Source: an uncultured Clostridia bacterium (GTDB lineage: Bacteria; Bacillota; Clostridia; RUG12999). From it: a stretch of 33,744 bases of DNA. Positions 25,400 through 33,744 of the stretch are shown here, one piece after another (the stretch's first letter is position 1; every line of letters starts with the position of its first letter). The position numbers and the translations under genes were made by a program. The stretch lies in NCBI GenBank assembly GCA_949739095.1, contig CATIYX010000190.1, positions 1 to 33,744 of the forward strand. The letters are read 5' to 3'. The notes below the pieces were generated by a model. It searched no databases, was not told the DNA's origin, and worked only from the letters and a program-made list of their open reading frames with translations.

Positions 25400-26974
25400 G
25401 TGAAAAAGTTTTGGGTTGTAACATTGGCGGTAGCAATTTTTGCTTCCATACTAACAGGGTGTGGACAGAAACAAACTGGCGAAAGCGTTGGAGACATTGA
25501 TGTTGCGGCACTTGGTGATTTGGGTGGTTTGGAAATGCCACTGGATAATAAAAACACCAAAATCACCTGGATAGTCGCTTCCAGTGTAGAAGGACTGAAC
25601 GACAAATATGCATTGCAGGCTTTACGGAATATCACAGGGGTGAATGTGCAGCTTGAGGTATATCCATTATCCACAGTGAATGACAAAGTGAAGGTGTTGT
25701 TTGCGTCCAAAAATCTGCCAGATATTATCGGGTCGGGGATTGCAACAATGACAGAAATCAACGACTATGGCACGCAAGGGGCGTTAGCATCGGTGGATGA
25801 CAATTTGGATGTTATGCCAAATTTTAAGAGAATTTTTAAGGATAATCCGGAAAATGACTGGGTATTCAAATCCTATCAAGCAGGGGATGGTAAATTATAT
25901 GCTTATCATGGTTATGACCTGAACCGCGACGTCAACCATGGCGTACTCTATCGAAAAGATATCTTTGACAAACATGGAATCGAAATGTGGAACAGTCCTG
26001 AGGAATTTTATCAGGCGCTGAAAAAACTGAAAGAAATTTATCCGGATTCCCATCCGTTCACCTCTAAAAACGGCGACGGTATCTTTGAAAAACTTGCGAC
26101 AAGCTGGGGTATTGATGTTACGCAAGCTGCCTACTATAACGAGGACGAAAAAATCTGGAAGAGCAGTATCACCAGTCCGGAATATAAAGACGAACTGGAC
26201 TATCTCAAAAAACTCTATGACGAAGGCTTGATTGATTCTGAATTTTTAACACTCACACAAGCGCAGTGGACCACCAGAATGACACAGGAAAACGTCAGCT
26301 TTGTCACATGGGATTGGATTGGCAGACTGGATATGTTCAAAACACAGACAGCAGAAAGTGTCCCGACCTATGATTTACGCTATGGGAACCCCATTGGACC
26401 GAAACAGACCATTGTAACGTTGCCGAAGGTTTTCTTCCCCATCACCATTTCAAATGGCAAAAACACCAAGCTTGCCTGCAAGCTGGTAGATTTCTTCTAT
26501 TCTGACGCAGGTCGCGCATTTGTTTCCATGGGCGTGCCGGGACAAACCTATAACATCAACGACAAAGGCGTTGCGGACTATGTTGGTTTTGAGAGCGGAC
26601 AGAAAATTGAAATCACAGAACTAGAAGAGAAATATGGTCTCTATGTTGAAGGAATGTATAGAGGATTTGACCGACGTGCTAGCTACTTCCAGTTCTCCGA
26701 ACGGGAGCAGGAGGCACAGGATTATTTTGCACAAGACGGCAGAATGGAACCGGTAGACCCGATTCCGCTGTTTACCGAAGAAGAACAGAATGAAATCACA
26801 AAATATCAGACGAACTTAATGACTGCCTGCAAAGAATTTTCGACAAACTATATTCTTTCTGATAAGACTGGCGATGCTGCTTGGAATGAATGGATAACGA
26901 AAGCAGATGGACTTGGATGCGGTAAAATTGTAGAAATCTATAATGCGGCACAGAAACGGTATGACGCACAGTAA
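25400..26974 (+). CDS. ABC transporter solute-binding lipoprotein (large carbohydrate SBP)
   Basis: AAAGGAGG RBS 7 nt before GTG 25400. Lipoprotein signal VKKFWVVTLAVAIFASILTGC (lipobox LTGC). The C-terminal end resembles the 8191 SBP (...YNAAQKRYDAQ vs ...YKNAMQRYEAR). Confidence 0.85.
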   Translation: MKKFWVVTLAVAIFASILTGCGQKQTGESVGDIDVAALGDLGGLEMPLDNKNTKITWIVASSVEGLNDKYALQALRNITGVNVQLEVYPLSTVNDKVKVLFASKNLPDIIGSGIATMTEINDYGTQGALASVDDNLDVMPNFKRIFKDNPENDWVFKSYQAGDGKLYAYHGYDLNRDVNHGVLYRKDIFDKHGIEMWNSPEEFYQALKKLKEIYPDSHPFTSKNGDGIFEKLATSWGIDVTQAAYYNEDEKIWKSSITSPEYKDELDYLKKLYDEGLIDSEFLTLTQAQWTTRMTQENVSFVTWDWIGRLDMFKTQTAESVPTYDLRYGNPIGPKQTIVTLPKVFFPITISNGKNTKLACKLVDFFYSDAGRAFVSMGVPGQTYNINDKGVADYVGFESGQKIEITELEEKYGLYVEGMYRGFDRRASYFQFSEREQEAQDYFAQDGRMEPVDPIPLFTEEEQNEITKYQTNLMTACKEFSTNYILSDKTGDAAWNEWITKADGLGCGKIVEIYNAAQKRYDAQ

Positions 26975-27027
26975 GAAAAGGTAGCTCTCAAATCAACAGC
27001 GATGAAAAAGAAAGGAAACGGTGAGTG

Positions 27028-29553
27028 ATGATGAAAAAACGAATCGCCCTCTTATTTGCAGCATTCGTTCTTCTTGCCGCGATAACACCAGCGGCGTTTG
27101 CCGCAGACAATCTCTCCATGGACGACATTAGCTTTGGTAATATACAAACATATGACCATATTTTATATAGTACTAATGTCGTGCGCTGTGCTACTACCGT
27201 TCAGGACGGACGCCCCGTTGCGTTGTCAGTCGTTGCAGGTTCGCCCTGCTCCGTACTCAGTGTGGTGGATTTAGTGGAGGGAAAACGAATTGCGGAGTTT
27301 GAACTAAAAGGGCAAACCTCAACTGTATGGCAAATGGAAACAGACAGCAAAGGAAACGTATGGCTCGGAACTTATTATAAGTGTCATGTCTATAAATACT
27401 CGCCCCAGACCAAAACGTTGACCGATTTAGGTAGTCCGTTTGGAGAAAGCGCAGTGATAGCCATGACGATTGACGATGACGATAATGTGTGGATAGGCAC
27501 TTTTTCGAATGCCAAGATTATCAAAATTGACGGAGAAACAGGCGTTATGACGGATTACGGCAATGTGAAATCGGGAGAAATGTATGTGTACAATCTTGGG
27601 GTTTATAAAAACAAATTATATTATGCCTGCTCAAATGATACGCAAATGTATGAGTTTGACCCTGCCACGCGCCAGTCAACACTAATACCATTTCCTGAAA
27701 ATGGTATTACAACAAATAACAAAACATCGCTCTATATCAGAGATAAATACGTAATTTGTGTCGGAGACGGTGGGGATATCCAATGCTATGATTTGGAAAA
27801 CAAAACGTGGTCGGAAAAGCTAAAAGCAAATTGGCATGGAACTGTGACATCGCCGTTGCTAGATGGCAAGGTTTATTTTGCTAATGGAAAATGTATCGCG
27901 GCATTGCAGCTCAGCGATATGACCATCACGGAACTGACCAATTTGAACTGGGGATCTTATCTGCGAGGAGCTGCGACAATTCATGGCATGGTTGAACTGG
28001 ACGATCCGGATTTTCCGGGACTGTCCTATGTTACCTCGCAGTATTCGGGCGGACTTTATATCATGAATTTTCAGACGCAAAAAATGAAAGAATATCAGGA
28101 TACACTCAAAGGTGTTGCAACAGAAACCAGAAATAGTTTTTTTGGACCGGATGGCAGACTCTATATAGGGGAATATATGGGAACAAAAGCGGCTGCAATG
28201 GATATTAGCACAGGAGCAGTAGAACTTTTCCATATGGCGCAGCCGGAGGGCGCCACGGTATTGGGGGACAAAATATATTTTGGAAATTATACAGGGTCTA
28301 CTCTGTATATTCTGGATACAACAAAGAAATATTATCGAAATAACACGCCGAATGACCCCGATAACAATCCGCGTATTTGGGGGTCTACCGGTGCACATAT
28401 GGACCGTCCTTTTGCGATGGAGTCCTGCGGAGACAAGGTGGCAATGGGCGGTATCCCCGATTATGGTCATCTTGGCGGGGCGCTGACAATTTATGACCCG
28501 GAGACAGACAAGTGCGACGTTTATGAAGGGTTGGTGAAAGACCAGTCGTTTATCGATATGGCATATCATGACGGTAAGCTATATTTAACAACCACCGTAT
28601 CGGGCGGACTTGGCAGTTTCCCGACCCAGTCGCAGGCAAAGGTTTTGATTTTTGACATGGAAACCCGCAAAGTAATTCAGGAAAAAGATTTAAAAATTCC
28701 GGGTATTAGCTCTATTTTAGCGGTAGAGAGTATTTCTGTTGCGCCAGACAACACGCTGGTCGGCTACAGTAACGGCGGCGGATTTATTTACAAACTGGAC
28801 ATAGAAACGCTGGAACTGCTGGACTATAAAATTTATAACAAAAGCGCGTCCTATGGCGACGGTTCCCATACATGGAGTCCGTTTTGTATGAATTATGATA
28901 CGAAAACCGGATATGTCTTTACTTGTTTCAATGGGAACTTAGGGATTTTAGACCCCATTACGCTGGATTATAAAAGAACGGACTTAGGTTTTTCTTCCGA
29001 AGGTAAACTTGGACCGGACGGAAATTTGTGGTATGTGAGTCATGACCAACCCACGAAAATTCCGGTGGTGCGCGGTGATGATAAATCCTATCTGTTGGAT
29101 GGCTGTACTTTTATGAAAGTAGGCGGCACTGCGGCGTATATCAATGGCAATGTGACTACAGTGGACGCACCCTACAAAACGGCGGCAGGAACCGTAATGG
29201 TTTCAGCGAAACTGGCCGCAAAGCTGTGTGGCTATAAGGTCAGCGAGAACAATCCGGCAGGACAGATTATTTTGTATAATGGTGAAACAAAGATTAAAAT
29301 TCGCGCAAATGAGCGTGACATTTATGAAAACAATCAAATATTACGTGCTGTTTCACCCTTTGAAACAAAAAATGGCAATATCTATATCAGCATAGGGCTT
29401 GTGAGAGAACTGCTGCATACGGATATTTATCTGGCGGATAACGGTTTGATTGTTATGGGAAGCAAAGCTTCCACAGCGATACAAAGTACGGAAACACTCC
29501 GTTATGCGACGCAGTTGTTGAATGAACAAAACAATGTGTCGCAGGAACAGTAG
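27028..29553 (+). CDS. Secreted multi-blade beta-propeller-like protein with C-terminal copper-amine-oxidase-N-terminal-like (stalk) domain
   Basis: Signal peptide MMKKRIALLFAAFVLLAAITPAAFA. About 12 recurring blade-like units (NVWLGTYY..VYKY; NVWIGTFSNAKIIKID; KLYYACSNDTQMYEFD; KIYFGNYTGSTLYILD; KLYLTTTVSGG...). The C-terminus is AAYINGNVTTVDAPYKTAAGTVMVSAKLAAKLCGYKV... Confidence 0.6.
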   Translation: MMKKRIALLFAAFVLLAAITPAAFAADNLSMDDISFGNIQTYDHILYSTNVVRCATTVQDGRPVALSVVAGSPCSVLSVVDLVEGKRIAEFELKGQTSTVWQMETDSKGNVWLGTYYKCHVYKYSPQTKTLTDLGSPFGESAVIAMTIDDDDNVWIGTFSNAKIIKIDGETGVMTDYGNVKSGEMYVYNLGVYKNKLYYACSNDTQMYEFDPATRQSTLIPFPENGITTNNKTSLYIRDKYVICVGDGGDIQCYDLENKTWSEKLKANWHGTVTSPLLDGKVYFANGKCIAALQLSDMTITELTNLNWGSYLRGAATIHGMVELDDPDFPGLSYVTSQYSGGLYIMNFQTQKMKEYQDTLKGVATETRNSFFGPDGRLYIGEYMGTKAAAMDISTGAVELFHMAQPEGATVLGDKIYFGNYTGSTLYILDTTKKYYRNNTPNDPDNNPRIWGSTGAHMDRPFAMESCGDKVAMGGIPDYGHLGGALTIYDPETDKCDVYEGLVKDQSFIDMAYHDGKLYLTTTVSGGLGSFPTQSQAKVLIFDMETRKVIQEKDLKIPGISSILAVESISVAPDNTLVGYSNGGGFIYKLDIETLELLDYKIYNKSASYGDGSHTWSPFCMNYDTKTGYVFTCFNGNLGILDPITLDYKRTDLGFSSEGKLGPDGNLWYVSHDQPTKIPVVRGDDKSYLLDGCTFMKVGGTAAYINGNVTTVDAPYKTAAGTVMVSAKLAAKLCGYKVSENNPAGQIILYNGETKIKIRANERDIYENNQILRAVSPFETKNGNIYISIGLVRELLHTDIYLADNGLIVMGSKASTAIQSTETLRYATQLLNEQNNVSQEQ

Positions 29554-29573
29554 AAATTCAGGAGGTGAAAAAA

Positions 29574-32237
29574 ATGAACCAGAAAAAATTTATGGCACTG
29601 TTGACAGCGATTGCGCTGGTGATTGGTATGATGATATTTCCTGTTTCGGCAGCAAATGATAGCAGTAATTTCTATATGAATGCGGTCTGGGCTCTTGGTA
29701 TTATGGAAAGCGATAATACAGACAGCTTTTTGCCGGAGGAGACGGTAGAGCGGGTTGATGCGGTGAAATACATATTGAATTTCATGAACATCAAACAATA
29801 TAGCGGTGATGGTCAGCGGCACTTTACTGATGTTTCGGTCTACAGCGATTATTATGCACTTACTACGGCAGCAATGCAAGCAGGTATCATTATTGGCAAT
29901 ACTAATGGTGAATTTCGTCCCAATGATGAAACAAGCGTGGATGAGGCACTGGTGATGATTCTACGCGCAATGGGATATGATAAGCTGGCGAACGCCAGAG
30001 GTGGTTCAGTAGCGACCTATTGGGATGTGGCGCGGCAATATGGATTTTTAAAAGGCATATCGACGGGCGGCGCGTACATCACGCGCGGTGACATGGCGCG
30101 ACTGTTTTATAATGCTTTTGATATTGGTATGATGGAATATACCACGATTGGTACACAAAATACAATCGGTGTGAACAATGACCGGAAAGGTCTCAGCAGA
30201 CTGGGGCTGAAAATGGGCGAAGGAACTCTCACAGCAAATCCGATATCGTCTATTTACTATACAGCAAAACGTGCGGCAAGCGGATACGTGGAAATTAATG
30301 ATAGTGAATTCCGTATCGGCGATTCCGGCGCAGATCGGTATCTGGGGTACAATGTGGAGTTTTATTATCAGTGGGACCAGGACGATGAAAACACTGGAGA
30401 GATTGTGCTCATCTATCCCAAACGTAATGAAACGCTGACCTGTTCTTTTGAAGAAGGCAGTTTTTTGGTGGATGGCAGCGCATTATACTATACGGCAGAT
30501 AACAATGGAAAGAAAACCAGAATAGATATCAGTCCGGAAAGCATTATCATCAAAAACGGCGTGAGCGTACCCTATGATTTAAGCTTTTTTGAAAATGCAC
30601 CTGCCGAAGGCAGCGTCACTTTTGTGAAAACCGGTAACAACAGTTTTTATAATGTGGTGGAGATTTACGCAGTTCTGAATGATGTTGTGCGTGGTATTGA
30701 TACAGAAGCGGGTAAGTTGGAGCTGAAATTTGGCGGTAGCGTCAATCTGCCGGAGAAATATCTCGGGGGCACTATTTTTGTGACGAAAAACGGCGAACCG
30801 GCTGAACTCAGCGATGTAAAGAGCGGTGATGTTATTTCCTATTCCATAGATGAAAACAGCCGGTCAATGACGATGGCGCTTTGTGATACACAGATATCAG
30901 GCGCAATATCTGAAATTGATTTTGAAGGCGGACGCCTGCGGGTAACGATTGGCGGAAACGGTTATTTGATTGACGATGTATATTTTGGCGCAGATGCGAA
31001 AAATCTGACGCAGGAAGTTTATGAACGGTATAATGTTAAGCTGGGCAATAACGTGGTTGGGTTTATAAGCGGGAGCGGCAGTATCGTAGACTTAGAAATG
31101 AAAAGCGATAGAAATTATGGATTTGTGTTGGAGGCAGGTATAAACGCTTCCCTTTCGGAAAAAGTGGAAGTGAAACTATTTACAACTGCGGGCGATGCAG
31201 TGATTTATGAACTTTCAGATAAATTGAAAATTGACGGTAACAGCACAAAGAATCTAACATCGGCAGAAATTTGTGCAAGACTCAAAGGGCAGACGGAAAT
31301 CATTGCCTATGAACTGGACAGTAGCGGCAAGATTTCTGAATTATTGTTCCCACAGGAGCCTTCCGGAAATTTATATGCAGACCAGGGCAAATTTGTCCGC
31401 GTCCACACCGTTACGACATTGGCAGTATGCTCCGGCGTTACGTTAGATGGTATCGGTATGCAGGACACGCTGTTATTTACTATACCAAATGCAGCGGCAG
31501 GAACAGCCATTGATGAGGACGACTGTGAATGTGGAAAATTAGAAAGACAGACGAATTATAAGGATGTTGTTTTCTATGACGTGGGTCTTGACGGCATGGC
31601 GTCCGTCGCCCTGCTCCGTGCAGCTGCAAACAGCGGTTACCAGAATACGCCGGTGAAATGCTATATTGTGCGCAATGTAACGCCTGCTGTACAGCCGGAC
31701 GGTGAGAGCGGTTATAAGTTGAACTATATATCCGGCGGCGCTGAAGGAAGCGTGTTCCTTGCAGAGAACACCATCAATCTTTCCACCAACGCAAACAGCA
31801 ACATTAAAGCACAGGAACTGCAGTTTGGCGACATCATTGTTTTTGAAGCTGATAAACATGGCAAAATGAAAAAGTTTTCCGTACTATATCGTGAGGAAAA
31901 TCAGAAAGATGAAACAGGTATTATTAATCTTACAGGCGATGGTGTGGGTAACAACCGCGAATGTTTGGTGTTAAAGGGAATCGCGCAGTATATCAGCGGT
32001 GATAATATGACTGTGAAGTATTTGTCGAGCGGCGGCAGAGCCAATTATGAGATATTCACAGGAATGAACACACAAACTGTAACGGTCATTAATATGAAAG
32101 AGAAAAAGTTTGAAACGCGGGAAATCAGCAGCATTCTCCCAACGACCTTTAGTCTGACAGGAGAAACGCCGGGTGATACGATTATTGTGAATGCAAACAG
32201 AAATGCACTGAATGAGGTGATTGTATATGAAGACTAG
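29574..32237 (+). CDS. Large cell-surface protein with N-terminal SLH-like repeats; paralogue of 13349..15847
   Basis: AGGAGG RBS 8 nt before ATG 29574. Signal peptide MNQKKFMALLTAIALVIGMMIFPVSA. SLH-like motifs (HFTDVSVYSDYYALTTAAMQAGIIIGNTNGEFRPND). Blocks are shared with the 13349 protein (YLGYNVEFYY/LLGYRVKAYV; GSVTFVKTGNNSFYNVVEIY/GSITLIDNNNDGTYDVVSIY; C-terminal ...NEVIVYED/...MEVIIYE). Confidence 0.75.
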   Translation: MNQKKFMALLTAIALVIGMMIFPVSAANDSSNFYMNAVWALGIMESDNTDSFLPEETVERVDAVKYILNFMNIKQYSGDGQRHFTDVSVYSDYYALTTAAMQAGIIIGNTNGEFRPNDETSVDEALVMILRAMGYDKLANARGGSVATYWDVARQYGFLKGISTGGAYITRGDMARLFYNAFDIGMMEYTTIGTQNTIGVNNDRKGLSRLGLKMGEGTLTANPISSIYYTAKRAASGYVEINDSEFRIGDSGADRYLGYNVEFYYQWDQDDENTGEIVLIYPKRNETLTCSFEEGSFLVDGSALYYTADNNGKKTRIDISPESIIIKNGVSVPYDLSFFENAPAEGSVTFVKTGNNSFYNVVEIYAVLNDVVRGIDTEAGKLELKFGGSVNLPEKYLGGTIFVTKNGEPAELSDVKSGDVISYSIDENSRSMTMALCDTQISGAISEIDFEGGRLRVTIGGNGYLIDDVYFGADAKNLTQEVYERYNVKLGNNVVGFISGSGSIVDLEMKSDRNYGFVLEAGINASLSEKVEVKLFTTAGDAVIYELSDKLKIDGNSTKNLTSAEICARLKGQTEIIAYELDSSGKISELLFPQEPSGNLYADQGKFVRVHTVTTLAVCSGVTLDGIGMQDTLLFTIPNAAAGTAIDEDDCECGKLERQTNYKDVVFYDVGLDGMASVALLRAAANSGYQNTPVKCYIVRNVTPAVQPDGESGYKLNYISGGAEGSVFLAENTINLSTNANSNIKAQELQFGDIIVFEADKHGKMKKFSVLYREENQKDETGIINLTGDGVGNNRECLVLKGIAQYISGDNMTVKYLSSGGRANYEIFTGMNTQTVTVINMKEKKFETREISSILPTTFSLTGETPGDTIIVNANRNALNEVIVYED

Positions 32238-33744
32238 AAGAACACTTTCCAGAAGCGCTTTTGTGATATTAGCGGCAATGCTCTTAATGCTTGTGCCGGC
32301 ACCTCCCAGCAGTACTCAGGCGGCAGAGGATGACGTGATTTTTACGATTGACAACATTCGGTTAAGCAAGGGCGACGTGGAAATTGCCGAATTACAGGAT
32401 GGCGCAATTGCTGTGAGTGCAGATGTGACAAATCATTCAGAAGAAAGCTGTACGCCACTGCTAATGGCATTTGCTTGTATTGGTCAGAGCGGCGCGGAGG
32501 ACACCGACCGGTTTATCATCCATGATACGGATGACAATGCTGCGACTACTTTTGCGGCAGGCGAAAGCAAACGAATCACCTTCAACGTAACGGTGAAAGA
32601 CGCTGCAAATTCTTTTATTAAAATTGTGGCAGCGGAAAGTTTAAACAGCGGTAAGCTGTTGTCAGAGCAGACTTACTATGACCCCTCGTGGGCAGTGAAG
32701 CTGCAATCTTTGTCGGTTGCCGGTAAAGCATTGGAAGACTTTGACCCTGATGTGATGCAGCGTACGATAAAACTTGATAAAAACGTTACATTTCCGCTGG
32801 AGGTAGAAGCGATAGTGGCATTTGACGGTGCGGCGGTGAAGGTCTCCAATCCTGCGTCCATTGAAGATACGCTAACGATAGAGGTGTCCTGTGGAACTCT
32901 GCCTGTGAGTACCTACGTGTTTGAGTTGATGTGGACGCCACGGGTAGAATTTACAAACTATCGGACAGAGGGAACTGTTCCAACAGAAAGTGAAATCACT
33001 GTTGTAGATGACTTTCAGGGGGGACAACGCTGGAATAACAATAATTTGCAATGGAATGCAGACTCTATTCCGGATTATTTGAAAGGCACAACTTATATCA
33101 GAACGAATTATAATGATAATCCTAGTAATTCACCGGACTTGAATGCCAATATAGACAACAAGCTGTTTACCATGACGCTTAATCAAAGCGCGACTGTTTA
33201 TCTTGCAACATGGTCGACCTATGTAAGCTTGTCTTGCCAGAGATTTGTAGCGGGATGGGAGAGTGCCGGAGCAGAGTGGATGAACGGCAAACAACCGGTA
33301 AGTCTTACGACAAGTGATTCTCGAAGTCAGTGGAAAACAGTTTATTTGGTGAAACGGACATTTGAGGTGCCAGAGGGTGGCAGCGTCAATATCGACTTCA
33401 CAGTACCAGGCAGCAGTTATAATATCTCTATGTATTCCATGTTTATTGACTGGGCGGACGAGGCAGAACCGATGCCAACACCAACGCCAACACCAGATTC
33501 CGGAAAGGAAACGGTAACATTTACAAACTACAGAGAAGATGGGAAAGTTCCGACAGAGAATGAAATCACAGTGGTGGAAAACTTCAGCGGCGGACTTCGT
33601 TGGAATAATAGAAGTGATATCAGTTGGAAAGAGGATACCATACCAGATTATTTGAAAGGCACGACCTATATTAGAACAAACTATCTGGATAATCCTACTG
33701 ATTCGCCGGATTTGAATGCCAATATAGACAACAAGCTGTTTACC
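32227..33744 (+). CDS. Secreted repeat-module protein, 3'-truncated by the window end (not in the ORF track because it has no stop)
   Basis: I translated by hand 506 codons with no stop. GAGGTGA RBS. ATG 32227 overlaps the previous stop by 11 nt. Signal peptide MKTRRTLSRSAFVILAAMLLMLVPAPPSSTQA. Cadherin-like beta-sandwich-type segment (LQSLSVAGKALEDFDPDVMQRTIKL). Two copies of an approximately 190-aa module. Confidence 0.7.
   Translation, partial: MKTRRTLSRSAFVILAAMLLMLVPAPPSSTQAAEDDVIFTIDNIRLSKGDVEIAELQDGAIAVSADVTNHSEESCTPLLMAFACIGQSGAEDTDRFIIHDTDDNAATTFAAGESKRITFNVTVKDAANSFIKIVAAESLNSGKLLSEQTYYDPSWAVKLQSLSVAGKALEDFDPDVMQRTIKLDKNVTFPLEVEAIVAFDGAAVKVSNPASIEDTLTIEVSCGTLPVSTYVFELMWTPRVEFTNYRTEGTVPTESEITVVDDFQGGQRWNNNNLQWNADSIPDYLKGTTYIRTNYNDNPSNSPDLNANIDNKLFTMTLNQSATVYLATWSTYVSLSCQRFVAGWESAGAEWMNGKQPVSLTTSDSRSQWKTVYLVKRTFEVPEGGSVNIDFTVPGSSYNISMYSMFIDWADEAEPMPTPTPTPDSGKETVTFTNYREDGKVPTENEITVVENFSGGLRWNNRSDISWKEDTIPDYLKGTTYIRTNYLDNPTDSPDLNANIDNKLFT
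32947..33744 (+). repeat. Tandem ~570-nt (190-aa) module repeat separated by a Pro/Thr linker (33469..33495)
   Basis: EFTNYRTEGTVPTESEITVV...IPDYLKGTTYIRTNY...SPDLNANIDNKLFT (32947..33171) recurs as TFTNYREDGKVPTENEITVV...IPDYLKGTTYIRTNY...SPDLNANIDNKLFT (33517..33744). The last 33 nt are identical at the nucleotide level. Confidence 0.85.

Noticed and set aside
27859-28569. 236-aa antisense ORF inside the propeller gene (likewise 17711..18214, 16376..16735, 18653..19018 and 6564..6905 on the minus strand)
   Set aside because: These are Cys/Arg/Ile-rich translations typical of antisense frames. They have no RBS and are fully embedded in long, motif-supported + strand genes.

Overview
The window looks like a Clostridia-type Firmicute genome. 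This is an inference from SLH-domain proteins, lipoprotein solute-binding proteins and strong GGAGG-type RBSs. All domain calls come from motif recognition by eye, since no searches were possible. Start codons were adjusted from the ORF track using RBS and signal-peptide logic.

(1) Positions 1-4000 form a small accessory islet.
- A 140-aa Asp/His/Tyr/Trp tandem-repeat peptide gene sits 18 nt upstream of a radical SAM/SPASM enzyme gene.
- These are followed by a small HTH protein driven by a consensus promoter, and a Lys-rich mini-ORF.
- This unit is bracketed by two ~93-bp direct repeats (1..93 and 2784..2876).
- A divergent pair follows: a hypothetical gene plus a small sigma-70-like gene.
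- The peptide + rSAM pair is my best candidate for an undescribed system, namely a RiPP with ~29 aromatic-x-(Asp/Arg) motifs.

(2) Positions 4192-6372 encode a transmembrane AraC-type one-component regulator with a strong terminator.

(3) Positions 6664-21024 form an 8-gene co-directional operon. It encodes:
- a secreted tandem-domain protein;
- a lipoprotein SBP and two ABC permeases;
- two SLH cell-surface proteins;
- one secreted and one cytoplasmic heparinase II/III-like (polysaccharide-lyase-fold) protein.

(4) Positions 21223-33744+ carry a TetR regulator and a second operon.
- An 18-nt motif containing an inverted repeat is present upstream of both the tetR gene and the operon.
- The operon encodes a 2-hydroxyacid dehydrogenase, two ABC permeases, a lipoprotein SBP, a large beta-propeller protein, an SLH paralogue, and a repeat-module secreted protein that runs off the window.

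I saw no rRNA, tRNA, CRISPR array, transposase or integrase.
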